From positions 1 to 38,773 of IMG/VR virus record IMGVR_UViG_3300035492_000136: DNA of 38,773 nt; one strand, 5' to 3'. Numbering within the stretch: position 1 is the first letter of the stretch; each line of letters starts with the position of its first letter. Shown here piece by piece: positions 7,805-16,653 of the stretch. Both the position numbers and the translations under genes were made by a program. The notes below the pieces were generated by a model that did no database searches, was not told the origin of the DNA, and was given only the letters and a program-made list of their open reading frames with translations. The stretch comes from a virus. Its lineage: Duplodnaviria; Caudoviricetes.

Positions 7805-9177
7805 TCAGCCCCTACGGTTCCCAGCGATGGCTCGCTTTCTTTGGCTTTGGACACTTCGGTTTCAACGTCCAAATCGGGCGAAAGTACGCCCCGCCGTTGT
7901 TGCTCACGCAGCGCGGTTTCCTTGGTGATCAGGCCACCCTGCGCCATAGTCACCACCAGCTGCGCGCTGGCATCGGTCAGGCTGTTGGCCGCAAAGTCCT
8001 TGAACAGCGACACAGAGCCACCCTCGCCCGCCTTGATCCAGTCGGCCATGAACTGAAGGGCTAGATCAAGCGCATCCTCAAAGTTTTCGACGATGCGCTG
8101 CAGCATGGACTTGTTGGCCTCGGCGTCGTTGCTGGCCTCTGTCGCAGTGCGTTGCCCGGGCGTGGCCACCAGCAATTCGGCGCCTGTCTGGATCATCTGC
8201 TGCTCCAGGGCTTGCAGCTCCGAGCGGCCAGCATTAACCGATTCAGCCGAGCCTTGGATCACCTCAGCCTTGGCATTGGGTGGCAGTCGCACGGCCATGT
8301 CCGAAGCCATGACGATCTTGTCGTCATTGGTCAGGCCGCTAAACACCAGCAGGCGCTTGCGGGCAAACCGGGCGTTTTCGTCCTGGTCGCTCTGGTGCTG
8401 CCAGTGCTTGATGTTCAGATCAGCCAGCGACAGCAGCGGAGGCATGCCCAGCATGAAGCCCTTGCGGATGCCGTACAGCGGCACGAATGGGATGTAGCTC
8501 AAGGTCGTTGTGCCCTGCTCCTCCAGCACATAGGCCGTCTTGCTCTGGCTGGATCGCTCCACCCACAGCTCCCACTTGCCAGGCTCCAGCACGCGCACGC
8601 AGTTCACCACCGTGGTGCCGTAGCCGTCGTCCTCTTCCTTGGTTTCCTTGATGCGCAGCTGGGTGAAGACCACCTTGTCGCCTGCGCGCTGGGTCTTGTA
8701 ACCCAGGATCTGGTCGTGCTTGATGTGCACCATGTAGGGCCGCGCCCCCATAGCCTTCTCGTCTGCTTGCGTGCGGGCCTGGCCTTCGGTCTTGGTGTAG
8801 TCCACCAGGATGCCGCCAAAGCCGTACTGAATGGCCGAGGTGTTGAACACGTCCGAAGCAAAAGCGTGCAGGCTGCGGCCTTCGCCGTCCACATTGCCAA
8901 CGTAGGCCTCGACTGCTGCAGGCACCTTGTTCAGCGTCAGCTCTTTGGCAAAGGGCTTGCCCGCCATCACGCCGCAGGTGCGCTCAAAGGCCGGGAACAG
9001 CGTCGATGTGCTCAGGCGGTAGGTGTAGTCGTCGTCGCTTTCTGCTGGCTGCTTGGGCAGGTAGGTTTCTTTGGCCTTGCGCATGGCGGACGTACCACCG
9101 AGCAAAGCCTCAATCTTGGGCCAATGCGCGGCCATCGCGTCCAGCTTGCTGTCGCGGTCTTGTACTTGCAGTGCCAT
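7801..9177 (-). CDS. Portal protein (DUF4055-like)
   Basis: 458 aa after TerL; GGT.AMR....YLP and IPFV...PPLL.LA.LN.KHWQ.QSD motifs. Confidence 0.9.
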   Translation of the reverse strand: MALQVQDRDSKLDAMAAHWPKIEALLGGTSAMRKAKETYLPKQPAESDDDYTYRLSTSTLFPAFERTCGVMAGKPFAKELTLNKVPAAVEAYVGNVDGEGRSLHAFASDVFNTSAIQYGFGGILVDYTKTEGQARTQADEKAMGARPYMVHIKHDQILGYKTQRAGDKVVFTQLRIKETKEEDDGYGTTVVNCVRVLEPGKWELWVERSSQSKTAYVLEEQGTTTLSYIPFVPLYGIRKGFMLGMPPLLSLADLNIKHWQHQSDQDENARFARKRLLVFSGLTNDDKIVMASDMAVRLPPNAKAEVIQGSAESVNAGRSELQALEQQMIQTGAELLVATPGQRTATEASNDAEANKSMLQRIVENFEDALDLALQFMADWIKAGEGGSVSLFKDFAANSLTDASAQLVVTMAQGGLITKETALREQQRRGVLSPDLDVETEVSKAKESEPSLGTVGAE

Positions 9178-9183
9178 ATGGCC

Positions 9184-10458
9184 TCACATTCGGAATTGCT
9201 GCACCTGGGCTGTCTTCTTGACGATGGGCCACAGGTACGCGATGGGGTAACCTGCCGCGTCGTTCAAGTGATCGAGGCCATTGGACTTGTCAGGCTCGCC
9301 GTTTTTGTCATAGACCTGCTGCTCCAGCGATTCGGTCAGCTTGGGGCAGCGCAGTGTGTTGACCTTCAGGCGCCGCACGCCGTCACCGTTGCAGATCAGG
9401 GCGTTCACAGCGTTGATGCGGTCAGCCACCGCAGGATTGGTTGGGTTTGCGCGCACGGTCAGGCCGTGTTCACGCAAGATGGAAAGATCGGACTCGCTGG
9501 CGTTCTTGCTGGAGCTGTTGCCACCAGAGGCATCGGGGTACACCGTCACGGCATGCCCTTTGGCTTGGAAGCGCTCACGCAGCAGCCTTGCCATGTATGG
9601 CGTGTCACGTCCGTCTGTGATCTCTTCCACTGCCACCGGCCAGCCGTCACGCTCCACATAGACCACCGCAGACATCTTCAAGCGGTTGAAGTCCATGCCC
9701 ACCATTAAGGGCTCACGCTCTTGGATGGACTCAAAGCTGTTGTTCAGCACCCGGTCAAAGTCCGGGTAAATGCTGCCCGAGGCCAAGTTGACGAACTGCC
9801 CGCGCAAATAAGCTGCAATCAACTGCTTGGGGTAGCTCTCAAACAGCGACGGGATGTAGTCCGCGGGCAGGTTCTTGGCGTTGTCATAGGTGCTGGCCTG
9901 AATCAAGCCATACAGCCCCGCCAACGATGGCTTCTCAGCCGGAGCCTTCTTGAACTGCTGATAGGTGAACTTGAACCCTTCCGGGGTCGTTGTCACGTCC
10001 ACGCCGTTTTTCAGCCCGTCCGCGTTGTAGCGCATGCGAGCGATGATCTTGCGCCAGGCCTGCTCAGCCTTGGGCGTGGCCATCACGTCCAGCTCGTCCA
10101 CCAAGGCATGCCCGATCTTGAAGCCCACAATCGCTTGGGGCCGGTCCATCGAGCGACAGATCACCGTGGTGCGGTACTGCCTGCCAGAGTAGAAGTCCAC
10201 TTCCTTGTTGGACTCCTTGATGTCTACCCGCAGCCCCCAGTCATGGGCCACCTCTTCAATGGTTGGGTAGAAGATGTCCCGGATCTGCGGGAAGCTGGGG
10301 GCGAAATAGCCCGCATTGATGCGTGGCCACTCCCAGGCGTGGGCACACAGGCCTGCACAACCTACCCAGGTCTTGCCAGAGCCAAAACCAGCCACAAAGG
10401 CGCGGTACTTGGATTCCATCGCCAAAAAGCGAGACTGGGGCACGTTAAGCGTCGGCAT
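9184..10458 (-). CDS. terL: Terminase large subunit
   Basis: Walker A AGFGSGKT, Walker B LVDE, TTTPEG, nuclease GMDFN and DH.NDA.GY. Confidence 0.95.
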   Translation of the reverse strand: MPTLNVPQSRFLAMESKYRAFVAGFGSGKTWVGCAGLCAHAWEWPRINAGYFAPSFPQIRDIFYPTIEEVAHDWGLRVDIKESNKEVDFYSGRQYRTTVICRSMDRPQAIVGFKIGHALVDELDVMATPKAEQAWRKIIARMRYNADGLKNGVDVTTTPEGFKFTYQQFKKAPAEKPSLAGLYGLIQASTYDNAKNLPADYIPSLFESYPKQLIAAYLRGQFVNLASGSIYPDFDRVLNNSFESIQEREPLMVGMDFNRLKMSAVVYVERDGWPVAVEEITDGRDTPYMARLLRERFQAKGHAVTVYPDASGGNSSSKNASESDLSILREHGLTVRANPTNPAVADRINAVNALICNGDGVRRLKVNTLRCPKLTESLEQQVYDKNGEPDKSNGLDHLNDAAGYPIAYLWPIVKKTAQVQQFRM

Positions 10459-10942
10459 CGTCGGCCCTCGCGTCTACTACGTTGACCACCACTTTCGCGG
10501 GCAATGGCTTGTCATCCTCGCCGCTGTCGCTCTCTGGCTTGTCGCGCCATTTCTTGGGCTGCCGGTTCTTCAGCCAGAAAATGCCCGCCGTGGTGTCTGG
10601 CGGGTAGTGCTTCACCATCGGCGTGATCACCACCTTGTTGTTGATGACCTTGATGTCGCTGTCCGGGTGCTCATAGCCAGTCGCCCGGTGGAACAACTTG
10701 GCTGCCACCTCTGCATCGGCCAGGGCCTTTCCACCCTTTAAGGACTCAAGAAACTCAGGGTGAGCCTTCTTCCAAGCATTCAGGGTTTGCTCAGACACTC
10801 CAAAGAACTCAGCCAGCTCTTTATCGATCATTCCCAGCTTGCACAGCTTCTTGGCTTGGTCGGCGAATTCTGGTTTGTATCTACTGGGCCGGCCAATAGC
10901 TTTCTTCACCGGCGCAGCCTTCTTTGCCGGTTTGGTTGCCAT
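10445..10942 (-). CDS. terS: Terminase small subunit
   Basis: GRPSRY, HTH ELAEFFGVS..TLNAWK..HPEF, PPDTTA.IFWLKNR. Confidence 0.9.
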   Translation of the reverse strand: MATKPAKKAAPVKKAIGRPSRYKPEFADQAKKLCKLGMIDKELAEFFGVSEQTLNAWKKAHPEFLESLKGGKALADAEVAAKLFHRATGYEHPDSDIKVINNKVVITPMVKHYPPDTTAGIFWLKNRQPKKWRDKPESDSGEDDKPLPAKVVVNVVDARADDADA

Positions 10943-10957
10943 GGCTGGGCCTTTCAA

Positions 10958-11185
10958 TTACTGGATTCGCCCATAGCAGTGCACCAGGTGCGGCTTGAAG
11001 CTCCCCGCGTAGATCGGATAAACCGAGCGAAACAATGTTGGGTAAACATCAATACTCCCAGGCTCGCGAAGACTTTCCCGCAGCGGCTGGTGTGCGCGCC
11101 ACACAATGCCAGCCTCGACATCCACGCTGGTGACGTGCTGCAGCTTTTCGCCTGAATCCATACAGATGATGTCAGTGCCTGCCAT
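10958..11185 (-). CDS. Hypothetical protein
   Basis: AAGGA RBS before MAGTDIIC; 75 aa. Confidence 0.6.
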   Translation of the reverse strand: MAGTDIICMDSGEKLQHVTSVDVEAGIVWRAHQPLRESLREPGSIDVYPTLFRSVYPIYAGSFKPHLVHCYGRIQ

Positions 11186-11369
11186 ATGAATCCTTGAATG
11201 GGTGCCAGCCACAGCCAAGCGTGAACCCTTGGGCGCGTGGGGTTGCGGGGCGTTGCTCGGTGTGGCTGGCGTAACTCTCTTTGCGCTGCACCCCAGGGGA
11301 TGCAATGCAAAAAGCCCCAACAGCTGGGGCTTCTTGTCAGTGCCGGCACTCAGCCAGCGGGGCCACGGC

Positions 11370-11645
11370 TCAAGTACTTGGGCACATGCGCCACGTGGGC
11401 GAGAGCACCGGGCGTTCGCGCTTAGCCATGGCGGCGGCGAATGCCTGCACCTTCACCAGCAGCACGGGCTTGGCCTTCTTGGCGCCAGAGCTGTGACTTG
11501 CCAGCGCGCAAGCTTCCTTGAAGTGGTAGCCCACCAAGCGGCACACAGCGGCAATGGGTTGAACAACGGCCGCAGCAACAGCGTGACCAACGAGTGCGCA
11601 TGCGGCCAAAGCCAGCGCGGCGAGACGAGAACGCGGCATGTACAT
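11370..11645 (-). CDS. Small phage protein ending WRMCPST
   Basis: Hydrophobic N-terminus and RPVLSPTWRMCPST end, a type I recall from other proteobacterial prophages; followed by terminator 11309-11333. Confidence 0.65.
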   Translation of the reverse strand: MYMPRSRLAALALAACALVGHAVAAAVVQPIAAVCRLVGYHFKEACALASHSSGAKKAKPVLLVKVQAFAAAMAKRERPVLSPTWRMCPST

Positions 11646-11919
11646 AGCCAGCCTTTCAAGGAGTAGAGCTGCGGCTACAGCGGGAGTCCTAGCCATAACG
11701 GGAAATTGGGCGCCCTTGAGGTCTTACGCCATGAGCGCAGGGCGCGGCCAGTTGTCTGTGTGCCAGCTACCCTCGATAGCTCAAGGGGGATTCATTCGCG
11801 CCGTCAAGCCACTCGGGCGCGACCACGGCTGGCCCGTGGGATGCTTCAGGGGGCCACCCCAGCCTTAGCACCCCATGCGTGATGCATGCTTTGCCGGGTG
11901 CGGCTGGAGTGGCGGAAAC

Positions 11920-11942
11920 GAAAAAGCCGCCCGAAGGCGGCT
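11920..11942 (-). terminator. Intrinsic terminator
   Basis: AGCCGC-CTTCGG-GCGGCT+T-tract. Confidence 0.8.
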
Positions 11943-11961
11943 GTGCTGCTGGCGTAGCAAG

Positions 11962-12174
11962 TTATAGGACGAGACCTTGTGGATTTATCGCTTGGTTTAC
12001 AGGCAATGGATTGATCTGCTTCCATTCGATACCCCTGTCCAGGTAACCGGCTGCGATTTCAGTTTTGGCTGTCCACGCAGACCCATCGTCTGCTACTGCA
12101 AGCAACGCCACGGCCCCGATTTCATTTGGATCGGGTATAGCTTGAATGCTTTGAAAGGATCTTTTTTGAGCCAT
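11962..12174 (-). CDS. AT-rich hypothetical protein (moron-like)
   Basis: AGGAGG RBS; bracketed by terminators. Confidence 0.7.
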   Translation of the reverse strand: MAQKRSFQSIQAIPDPNEIGAVALLAVADDGSAWTAKTEIAAGYLDRGIEWKQINPLPVNQAINPQGLVL

Positions 12175-12221
12175 CTCGCCTCCTAGTTAATAGAAGGGCA
12201 ATTTTGGCTGGATGGCCAAAA

Positions 12222-12254
12222 CAAAAAAAGCCCCAGCGATCAAACTGAGGCTTT
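12222..12254 (-). terminator. tR'-like terminator
   Basis: AGCCTCAG...CTGGGGCT+T-tract about 90 nt after the predicted late promoter. Confidence 0.7.
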
Positions 12255-12320
12255 GTATTTCTGGCACAACAACCCCGGCGCAAACCGGGTACGTTCTGTG
12301 CTCTTGCTAACGATTGGCGG

Positions 12321-12349
12321 ACGTTATCACACGTTTACGGCTTTGACAA
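12321..12349 (-). promoter_or_regulatory. Late promoter PR'-like
   Basis: TTGTCA-N17-TAACGT with extended TG, overlapping the end of the Q-like gene. Confidence 0.65.
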
Positions 12350-12740
12350 GCAATCGCTCGCGGTTAATCAGCATCTGGCGCCCATCCTTGACCAGCCGTG
12401 CCAAGTCCTGTTTGCTCACCGCAATTGCTTTGCATGCTGCCAATGGGTTGTGCTTGAACACGTAGCACCAGCGGACTGCTTGGCGATGCTTGTCAGGCAA
12501 CTGCGCCACAGCGCGCTCCACGGCCACGGCCTCATCGTTCTTGATGGGCTCAAGAGGCGCCACACCTTGCTTGGCACGCAGATCCTCCAGCTCTTTAGCA
12601 ATGCACGGCTTCCACATGGGATGGATTGCCCAATCACGTGAGCCAGACTTGACCCAGCGTGCCCAGTTCACAAGGCGCTCGTGCATCTCCCCCTGGCCTT
12701 CCGGAATATGGTCGTAATTCACGTAGTTCTTTTTGCTCAA
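12327..12740 (-). CDS. Q-like late antiterminator / transcription regulator
   Basis: RL.NWARW N-terminus, C-terminal sigma-region-4-like HTH, last early gene before PR'. Confidence 0.6.
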   Translation of the reverse strand: MSKKNYVNYDHIPEGQGEMHERLVNWARWVKSGSRDWAIHPMWKPCIAKELEDLRAKQGVAPLEPIKNDEAVAVERAVAQLPDKHRQAVRWCYVFKHNPLAACKAIAVSKQDLARLVKDGRQMLINRERLLVKAVNV

Positions 12741-12749
12741 TCTTTGCTC

Positions 12750-13013
12750 CTACTTTAAAAGCATCAGGCGCTTAACCGTAATGGCTAAGGCGTCAATTTC
12801 GTCCATCTTCTTGATCCGCCACATCGCCCGGCGGCCGTGCCATCCGTTGTGGCTCCCCGTGTGGCAGTCCTGGCACAAGGCCACACAGGTGTATTGCTGG
12901 TGCTGCTTCACGTGGTGGGCCTCACTGGGGCCCGGTGCATCACAGACGCTGCAGGGCAAGGATTTCACCTTGGCTAAGTGCTCGCGCTCTTTGGCGGTCA
13001 GCTGGTTGTTCAC
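12750..13013 (-). CDS. Ref/HNH-like Zn-binding nuclease
   Basis: LPCSVC...EAHH...LCQDCH...G.HG motif. Confidence 0.7.
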   Translation of the reverse strand: MNNQLTAKEREHLAKVKSLPCSVCDAPGPSEAHHVKQHQQYTCVALCQDCHTGSHNGWHGRRAMWRIKKMDEIDALAITVKRLMLLK

Positions 13014-13219
13014 GCGATGGCCCCCTGCTTCTTGAGCCACAACGTGCGCTCCTGCACCTTGGATGGCTCGAGCTGGGTGAACTTGTCGCAACTAGCAGCA
13101 AGGGCAGATGTGGTGTGCCCTGGGAGTGCCTTCTTTTTGCACTGGGCAAAGCCATGGCGGAACATGCTGCGGTCAGTGCCTTGGGGGTTCCAGTGTTGGC
13201 AGTCGAGGCAAGTGGTCAT
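13010..13219 (-). CDS. Cys-rich hypothetical protein
   Basis: CLDC.HW...C...CDKF; translational coupling. Confidence 0.6.
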   Translation of the reverse strand: MTTCLDCQHWNPQGTDRSMFRHGFAQCKKKALPGHTTSALAASCDKFTQLEPSKVQERTLWLKKQGAIA

Positions 13220-13437
13220 CTCAACACCCTCCCGGCCAGTCCTTTGCGCTTTAGGTAGTCCAGTGCTTTTTCGGCGGATTCATTGCCTGGCGAGGCTTTG
13301 CGCAGCTGTTGGACTAGCTTGCGCACCAACATGGCCAACTCGTCCACTTGCCGTGCATTGGTTCCGCAAGGGGTTGTGCAGCCGGACTGGCAAGGCTCGC
13401 CAGCAGTCGGGCAGTAATCTTGACGGCTGCTTCTCAT
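13216..13437 (-). CDS. Hypothetical protein
   Basis: ATGA overlaps on both sides. Confidence 0.6.
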   Translation of the reverse strand: MRSSRQDYCPTAGEPCQSGCTTPCGTNARQVDELAMLVRKLVQQLRKASPGNESAEKALDYLKRKGLAGRVLR

Positions 13438-13847
13438 TGCTCTGCCTCCCCAAATGCCCTGAATGCCACCTCATGCTCGGCGCCGAAGGCCTCCATCAGC
13501 TGCTGCAGCTCGGACATTTCACGCTTGGTCATCTGGCTGGTGGACTGGCCGCAGACCACAAAACCGCCATCTAGGCCGGGGACGACCTTGGTGCGCTTGA
13601 TGGCCGCTGTGAACACGTCCTTCCACTCGCCCGGGGTGAGACGGTGGCCATGCCAGTTCACCTGCTCGCTGATGTCGCTCAACATGGACCACAGGCGTCG
13701 GTTTTGCGCATCGCTGCGCTTCTCCGGACGAATCTCCAGGGTCAGGCGGTGACCGGCCATCACTGCGTTCTTGGCATGGGACCAGGCATGCATGATGGCC
13801 TTGTGCGCTTGGACCGGCTCCCACAGGCTCAGGGTGACGCGGTCCAT
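13434..13847 (-). CDS. ninB: NinB family recombination protein
   Basis: RS.AQN.RLW.ML.DIS.QV.WHG...WK..F...STS.M...EMSEL; true start 13847. Confidence 0.88.
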   Translation of the reverse strand: MDRVTLSLWEPVQAHKAIMHAWSHAKNAVMAGHRLTLEIRPEKRSDAQNRRLWSMLSDISEQVNWHGHRLTPGEWKDVFTAAIKRTKVVPGLDGGFVVCGQSTSQMTKREMSELQQLMEAFGAEHEVAFRAFGEAEQ

Positions 13848-14344
13848 CAGGCCACCTCCAGCCTGCCCCAGTGGGCCAGCAGCACAGCCTCGGCGCGATT
13901 GTGGTCCTTCTGGCGCTTGAGGTCGGCCTGGGCACCGGGGTAAAGGCTGCGGGCGGTTTCCAAGGCCTTGTTCTTGTCCGGGCCCAGGCCGTAGGCGCGC
14001 TTCCAGCTCTGGGGCGACACGTAGCGGATCGGGTACTTCAGGCACTCCAGCACCGTTTCGATCGCGCCCAGGCTGCGCAGCAGGCTCGCCTGGGTCTGCA
14101 GCGCGTTGCCATCGCCGCGGGCGTGCACCTGCTCCAGCACCACCTGGGCGCTGCCCTCGCTGGCCGGGCAGTGTTTCAGCAACAGCTGGCAAAGGGCGCG
14201 GCCGTCGATCTTGCGTTTCACCAACGCCTTGGGTCCAGCCCCGGGCACAGGCATGGTGGGCAGGTCGAAAACAGCGCGCACCCCCAGGTGGTCGACCACA
14301 GCGCAAGCACCCGTCAAACCTGGGTCAATTCCAATCACGATCAT
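13847..14344 (-). CDS. RuvC-like Holliday junction resolvase
   Basis: IGIDPGLTGA, VVLEQV, V.PQ.WK, DHNRAEA.LLA. Confidence 0.85.
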   Translation of the reverse strand: MIVIGIDPGLTGACAVVDHLGVRAVFDLPTMPVPGAGPKALVKRKIDGRALCQLLLKHCPASEGSAQVVLEQVHARGDGNALQTQASLLRSLGAIETVLECLKYPIRYVSPQSWKRAYGLGPDKNKALETARSLYPGAQADLKRQKDHNRAEAVLLAHWGRLEVA

Positions 14345-14370
14345 TGCTTGTTGCTCCTGTTTTTTCTTCG

Positions 14371-14841
14371 TTACTGCCACGATTGGCGACCATCCAGCCC
14401 CAGGGCCTGGCGGTAGGCATGCACCTGGTGGGAGCCCAACTTCTCGCCGCGCTCATGGCGGGCCTTGAGCTTCAGCGCCCAGCCCTTGGGGTCGACCGCC
14501 GGCAGCTTGGTCAGCTTGGACTTCACGCCCCCCACCACCTCGGCCACCTTCTGAGGGTCTTGCGCGGGGCGCGGCAGTTGCTTTGGCTCAGCCTTTGGCG
14601 CTGCGCGACACAGGTCGCGGAACTCCAGCACGTTGGGACACCTGCTGGGCAGGTGGGCCAAGGCGTACTTGATGTCGCCAGCCGTGAAGCCGTCCAGGTG
14701 CTTGCGCCACACCGCCTTGGTATCCGCCAGAGGGGCATCACCATGGCTGCGCACCCAGGCCGCGCCGTAGATGGCCCACAGCTCGGAGAACAGCAGGCCC
14801 AAAGGGCTGGTGTCAGGGGTTTGGTCTTGGCTGCTGTGCAT
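14371..14841 (-). CDS. Replication protein downstream of initiator (lambda P-position, putative helicase loader)
   Basis: W...L.GF....I..AL..LP...PN..EFR.LCR motif; synteny. Confidence 0.55.
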   Translation of the reverse strand: MHSSQDQTPDTSPLGLLFSELWAIYGAAWVRSHGDAPLADTKAVWRKHLDGFTAGDIKYALAHLPSRCPNVLEFRDLCRAAPKAEPKQLPRPAQDPQKVAEVVGGVKSKLTKLPAVDPKGWALKLKARHERGEKLGSHQVHAYRQALGLDGRQSWQ

Positions 14842-14844
14842 GGC

Positions 14845-15696
14845 TTAGCCCTCCAAAGCGTATTGCGGCGTGCCGGGCGTGATGTCGATCACGCGGTGGT
14901 CGTTGGCGGGACGCTGGCGATCTGGGTGCACTCGTCCGGTCATCGCTTCCCAGCGCGCCATTGAGGCCTCGCGGTCCTGCTGGGCGAAGGACTGAGGCTG
15001 CTGGCGCTGCGTCGGCATCTGCTGCTGGCCACGCTGGTGCATCCACTCGGCCTTGAAGCCTCGCCAGCCGTTGGAACAGCACGTCACCAAAGCCTGCTCC
15101 AGCGTGTAGCCAGCCCGGCAGGCCTCCCGGTAGATCCCGTCGATGGCGGTTTGCGTCACCGCGGCTTTGAGGGTTTTGCGAAGTTGCAACCAATCCGACC
15201 AGGTTTGATCGGTCACGCAATCGGGCTTGGCAGGAACAGTCGAGCGCGCACGCGCTGTATTCTTTTGTTCATTGGTATGTTCAATGGACTGTTCTTTGCG
15301 TGTAGCCGAATCGGCTAGGGGGGGTGTAGCCGAATGGGCTACCGTTTGAGTAGCCGAACGGGCTACCGTTGCCGAATCGGCTACCGTAGCCGAACGGGCT
15401 ACTGTTGTTGGGGTCAACAAGTCAGGCACGCAGAGGGTGTAACGGGTCGATTTCGAGTGCCCACCACTACCCTCTTTTTGAAGCCAGCCCAAGTTCACAA
15501 GCGCGGTGGTTGCACTGCTGATGTTGGAAGGGTGCATGCCGGTGCGCTCAGCAATAGCAGCACGTGAAGGCCACACAGTGTTGGTCACCTTGTTGCGAAA
15601 GCTGAAAAGCGCTACCAGCACCCGGGTCTGCTCCAGCGTAAGGCGGCGGTCTTGCACCACTTCAAGTGGCACAACAGCAAATTGAGCATCAGTCAT
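14845..15696 (-). CDS. Replication initiator (lambda O-like, N-terminal winged HTH)
   Basis: WPSRAAIAERTG HTH, internal iterons, C-terminal W.DW..LRK and NGW.GF motifs. Confidence 0.85.
   Translation of the reverse strand: MTDAQFAVVPLEVVQDRRLTLEQTRVLVALFSFRNKVTNTVWPSRAAIAERTGMHPSNISSATTALVNLGWLQKEGSGGHSKSTRYTLCVPDLLTPTTVARSATVADSATVARSATQTVAHSATPPLADSATRKEQSIEHTNEQKNTARARSTVPAKPDCVTDQTWSDWLQLRKTLKAAVTQTAIDGIYREACRAGYTLEQALVTCCSNGWRGFKAEWMHQRGQQQMPTQRQQPQSFAQQDREASMARWEAMTGRVHPDRQRPANDHRVIDITPGTPQYALEG
15258..15402. repeat. Replication origin: 5 palindromic iterons plus AT-rich repeats
   Basis: GTAGCC-GAANS-GGCTAC-type units at 15302, 15326, 15350, 15368, 15386; TGTTC repeats at 15266, 15278, 15290. 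Confidence 0.85.
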
Positions 15697-15881
15697 ATCG
15701 CGGCCTTTGCAATGCGCTGGCTGCGGCGTGTGTCAGCTGGCGTGGGAATGTGGAAATAGCTGTTGCGCGCGGGCGCGTGTGTGCTGGCCACCGCGCGCTG
15801 CATGTCACGGGCAATGCGGGACTGTTTGGGCACATCCCAAGCCGTGCGCGTAGGAATCGGCGCCGCTGCTGGATTTCTCAC
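15693..15881 (-). CDS. Hypothetical protein
   Basis: Coupled overlaps with neighbours. Confidence 0.55.
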   Translation of the reverse strand: MRNPAAAPIPTRTAWDVPKQSRIARDMQRAVASTHAPARNSYFHIPTPADTRRSQRIAKAAI

Positions 15882-16108
15882 GCTGCACCCCTTTCTTGCT
15901 TTGCGACATCGAAAGCTCGGGCAATCAGCTGGTTTTCTGGGAAGCGCGAAACCAGCACCATGGGCACATGCTCACGAACCAGATTCACCAGCCCTTCCTC
16001 TTGCGCCAGCAGATACAGGCGCTGGTGGTTGTCGGCCACGCGCAGGGCCAGCAAGATTTCGTAGCACTGGCGCGCGTCATCACTGACGGGAAATTGGGCG
16101 GAGGTCAT
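15878..16108 (-). CDS. Hypothetical protein
   Basis: GGAGG RBS; operon position. Confidence 0.6.
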   Translation of the reverse strand: MTSAQFPVSDDARQCYEILLALRVADNHQRLYLLAQEEGLVNLVREHVPMVLVSRFPENQLIARAFDVAKQERGAA

Positions 16109-16111
16109 GGG

Positions 16112-16438
16112 TTAGGCCTCCTGGGTCAAGGCGGGACCGCGGCGCAAATTGCAGCGACGGCACACAGGCTCGACAGCCAGTGGCTTGCTGTAGTCGCGGT
16201 GGTCGTACTCAATTGCTGGGCCTTGGCAGTCCACGCAAGCAAGTGTCTTGGGGTCTGCAAGCAGGCCGGCCTTGCGCGCCTTGGCAACAGCTTGATGGGC
16301 AAGATATTGAGGCGACGTGAGATCGGGCATGCCTTTTTCTTTGCGGCATTCAGCACAGTGATAGTTGATGCCGCCACCTGTCGTCAGCTCAGAGCATTTG
16401 CAGTTGGCGCACACGAAGCGTCGGAGTTTCTGGGTCAT
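16112..16438 (-). CDS. Zn-finger / HNH-like protein
   Basis: CANC, CAEC, CVDC...YDH.DY.KPL.V..VC..CN. Confidence 0.7.
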   Translation of the reverse strand: MTQKLRRFVCANCKCSELTTGGGINYHCAECRKEKGMPDLTSPQYLAHQAVAKARKAGLLADPKTLACVDCQGPAIEYDHRDYSKPLAVEPVCRRCNLRRGPALTQEA

Positions 16439-16441
16439 GAC

Positions 16442-16645
16442 TCAGATCTCCACCACTTCTTTGCGAAGTGCGCGGCGCTCTTTCGCTATCCATTGGTTGT
16501 CTCGTTCCACCGAAGCTGGAATGCCGCGCACTTTCCAGTTCTGGACGCGCTGGACCCCGCCCTTTTTGGGGTCAAATCTCAGGCGCCGCGCCAAATTGGC
16601 CGGGCCGCCCAAGCGCTCGATCAGGGCTGCATCTTCTTTGCTCAT
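16442..16645 (-). CDS. cro: Cro-like repressor
   Basis: 67 aa, I..LGGP..LAR.L...RVQNW..RGIP; divergent from cI. Confidence 0.8.
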   Translation of the reverse strand: MSKEDAALIERLGGPANLARRLRFDPKKGGVQRVQNWKVRGIPASVERDNQWIAKERRALRKEVVEI

Positions 16646-16653
16646 GGGTGCTT

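Noticed and set aside
8152-9708. 518-aa plus-strand ORF and similar long antisense ORFs (4233, 18070, 24993, 27761, 29229, 35647)
   Set aside because: Antisense shadows of high-GC phage genes with clear function on the other strand
13434-14306. 290-aa ORF as listed in the track
   Set aside because: The upstream part overlaps the RuvC-like gene in another frame; only 13434..13847 is NinB-like
15302-15402. Possible mini-CRISPR array
   Set aside because: Gaps between repeats are only 1-8 bp, lie inside the initiator gene and no cas genes are present; iterons explain it
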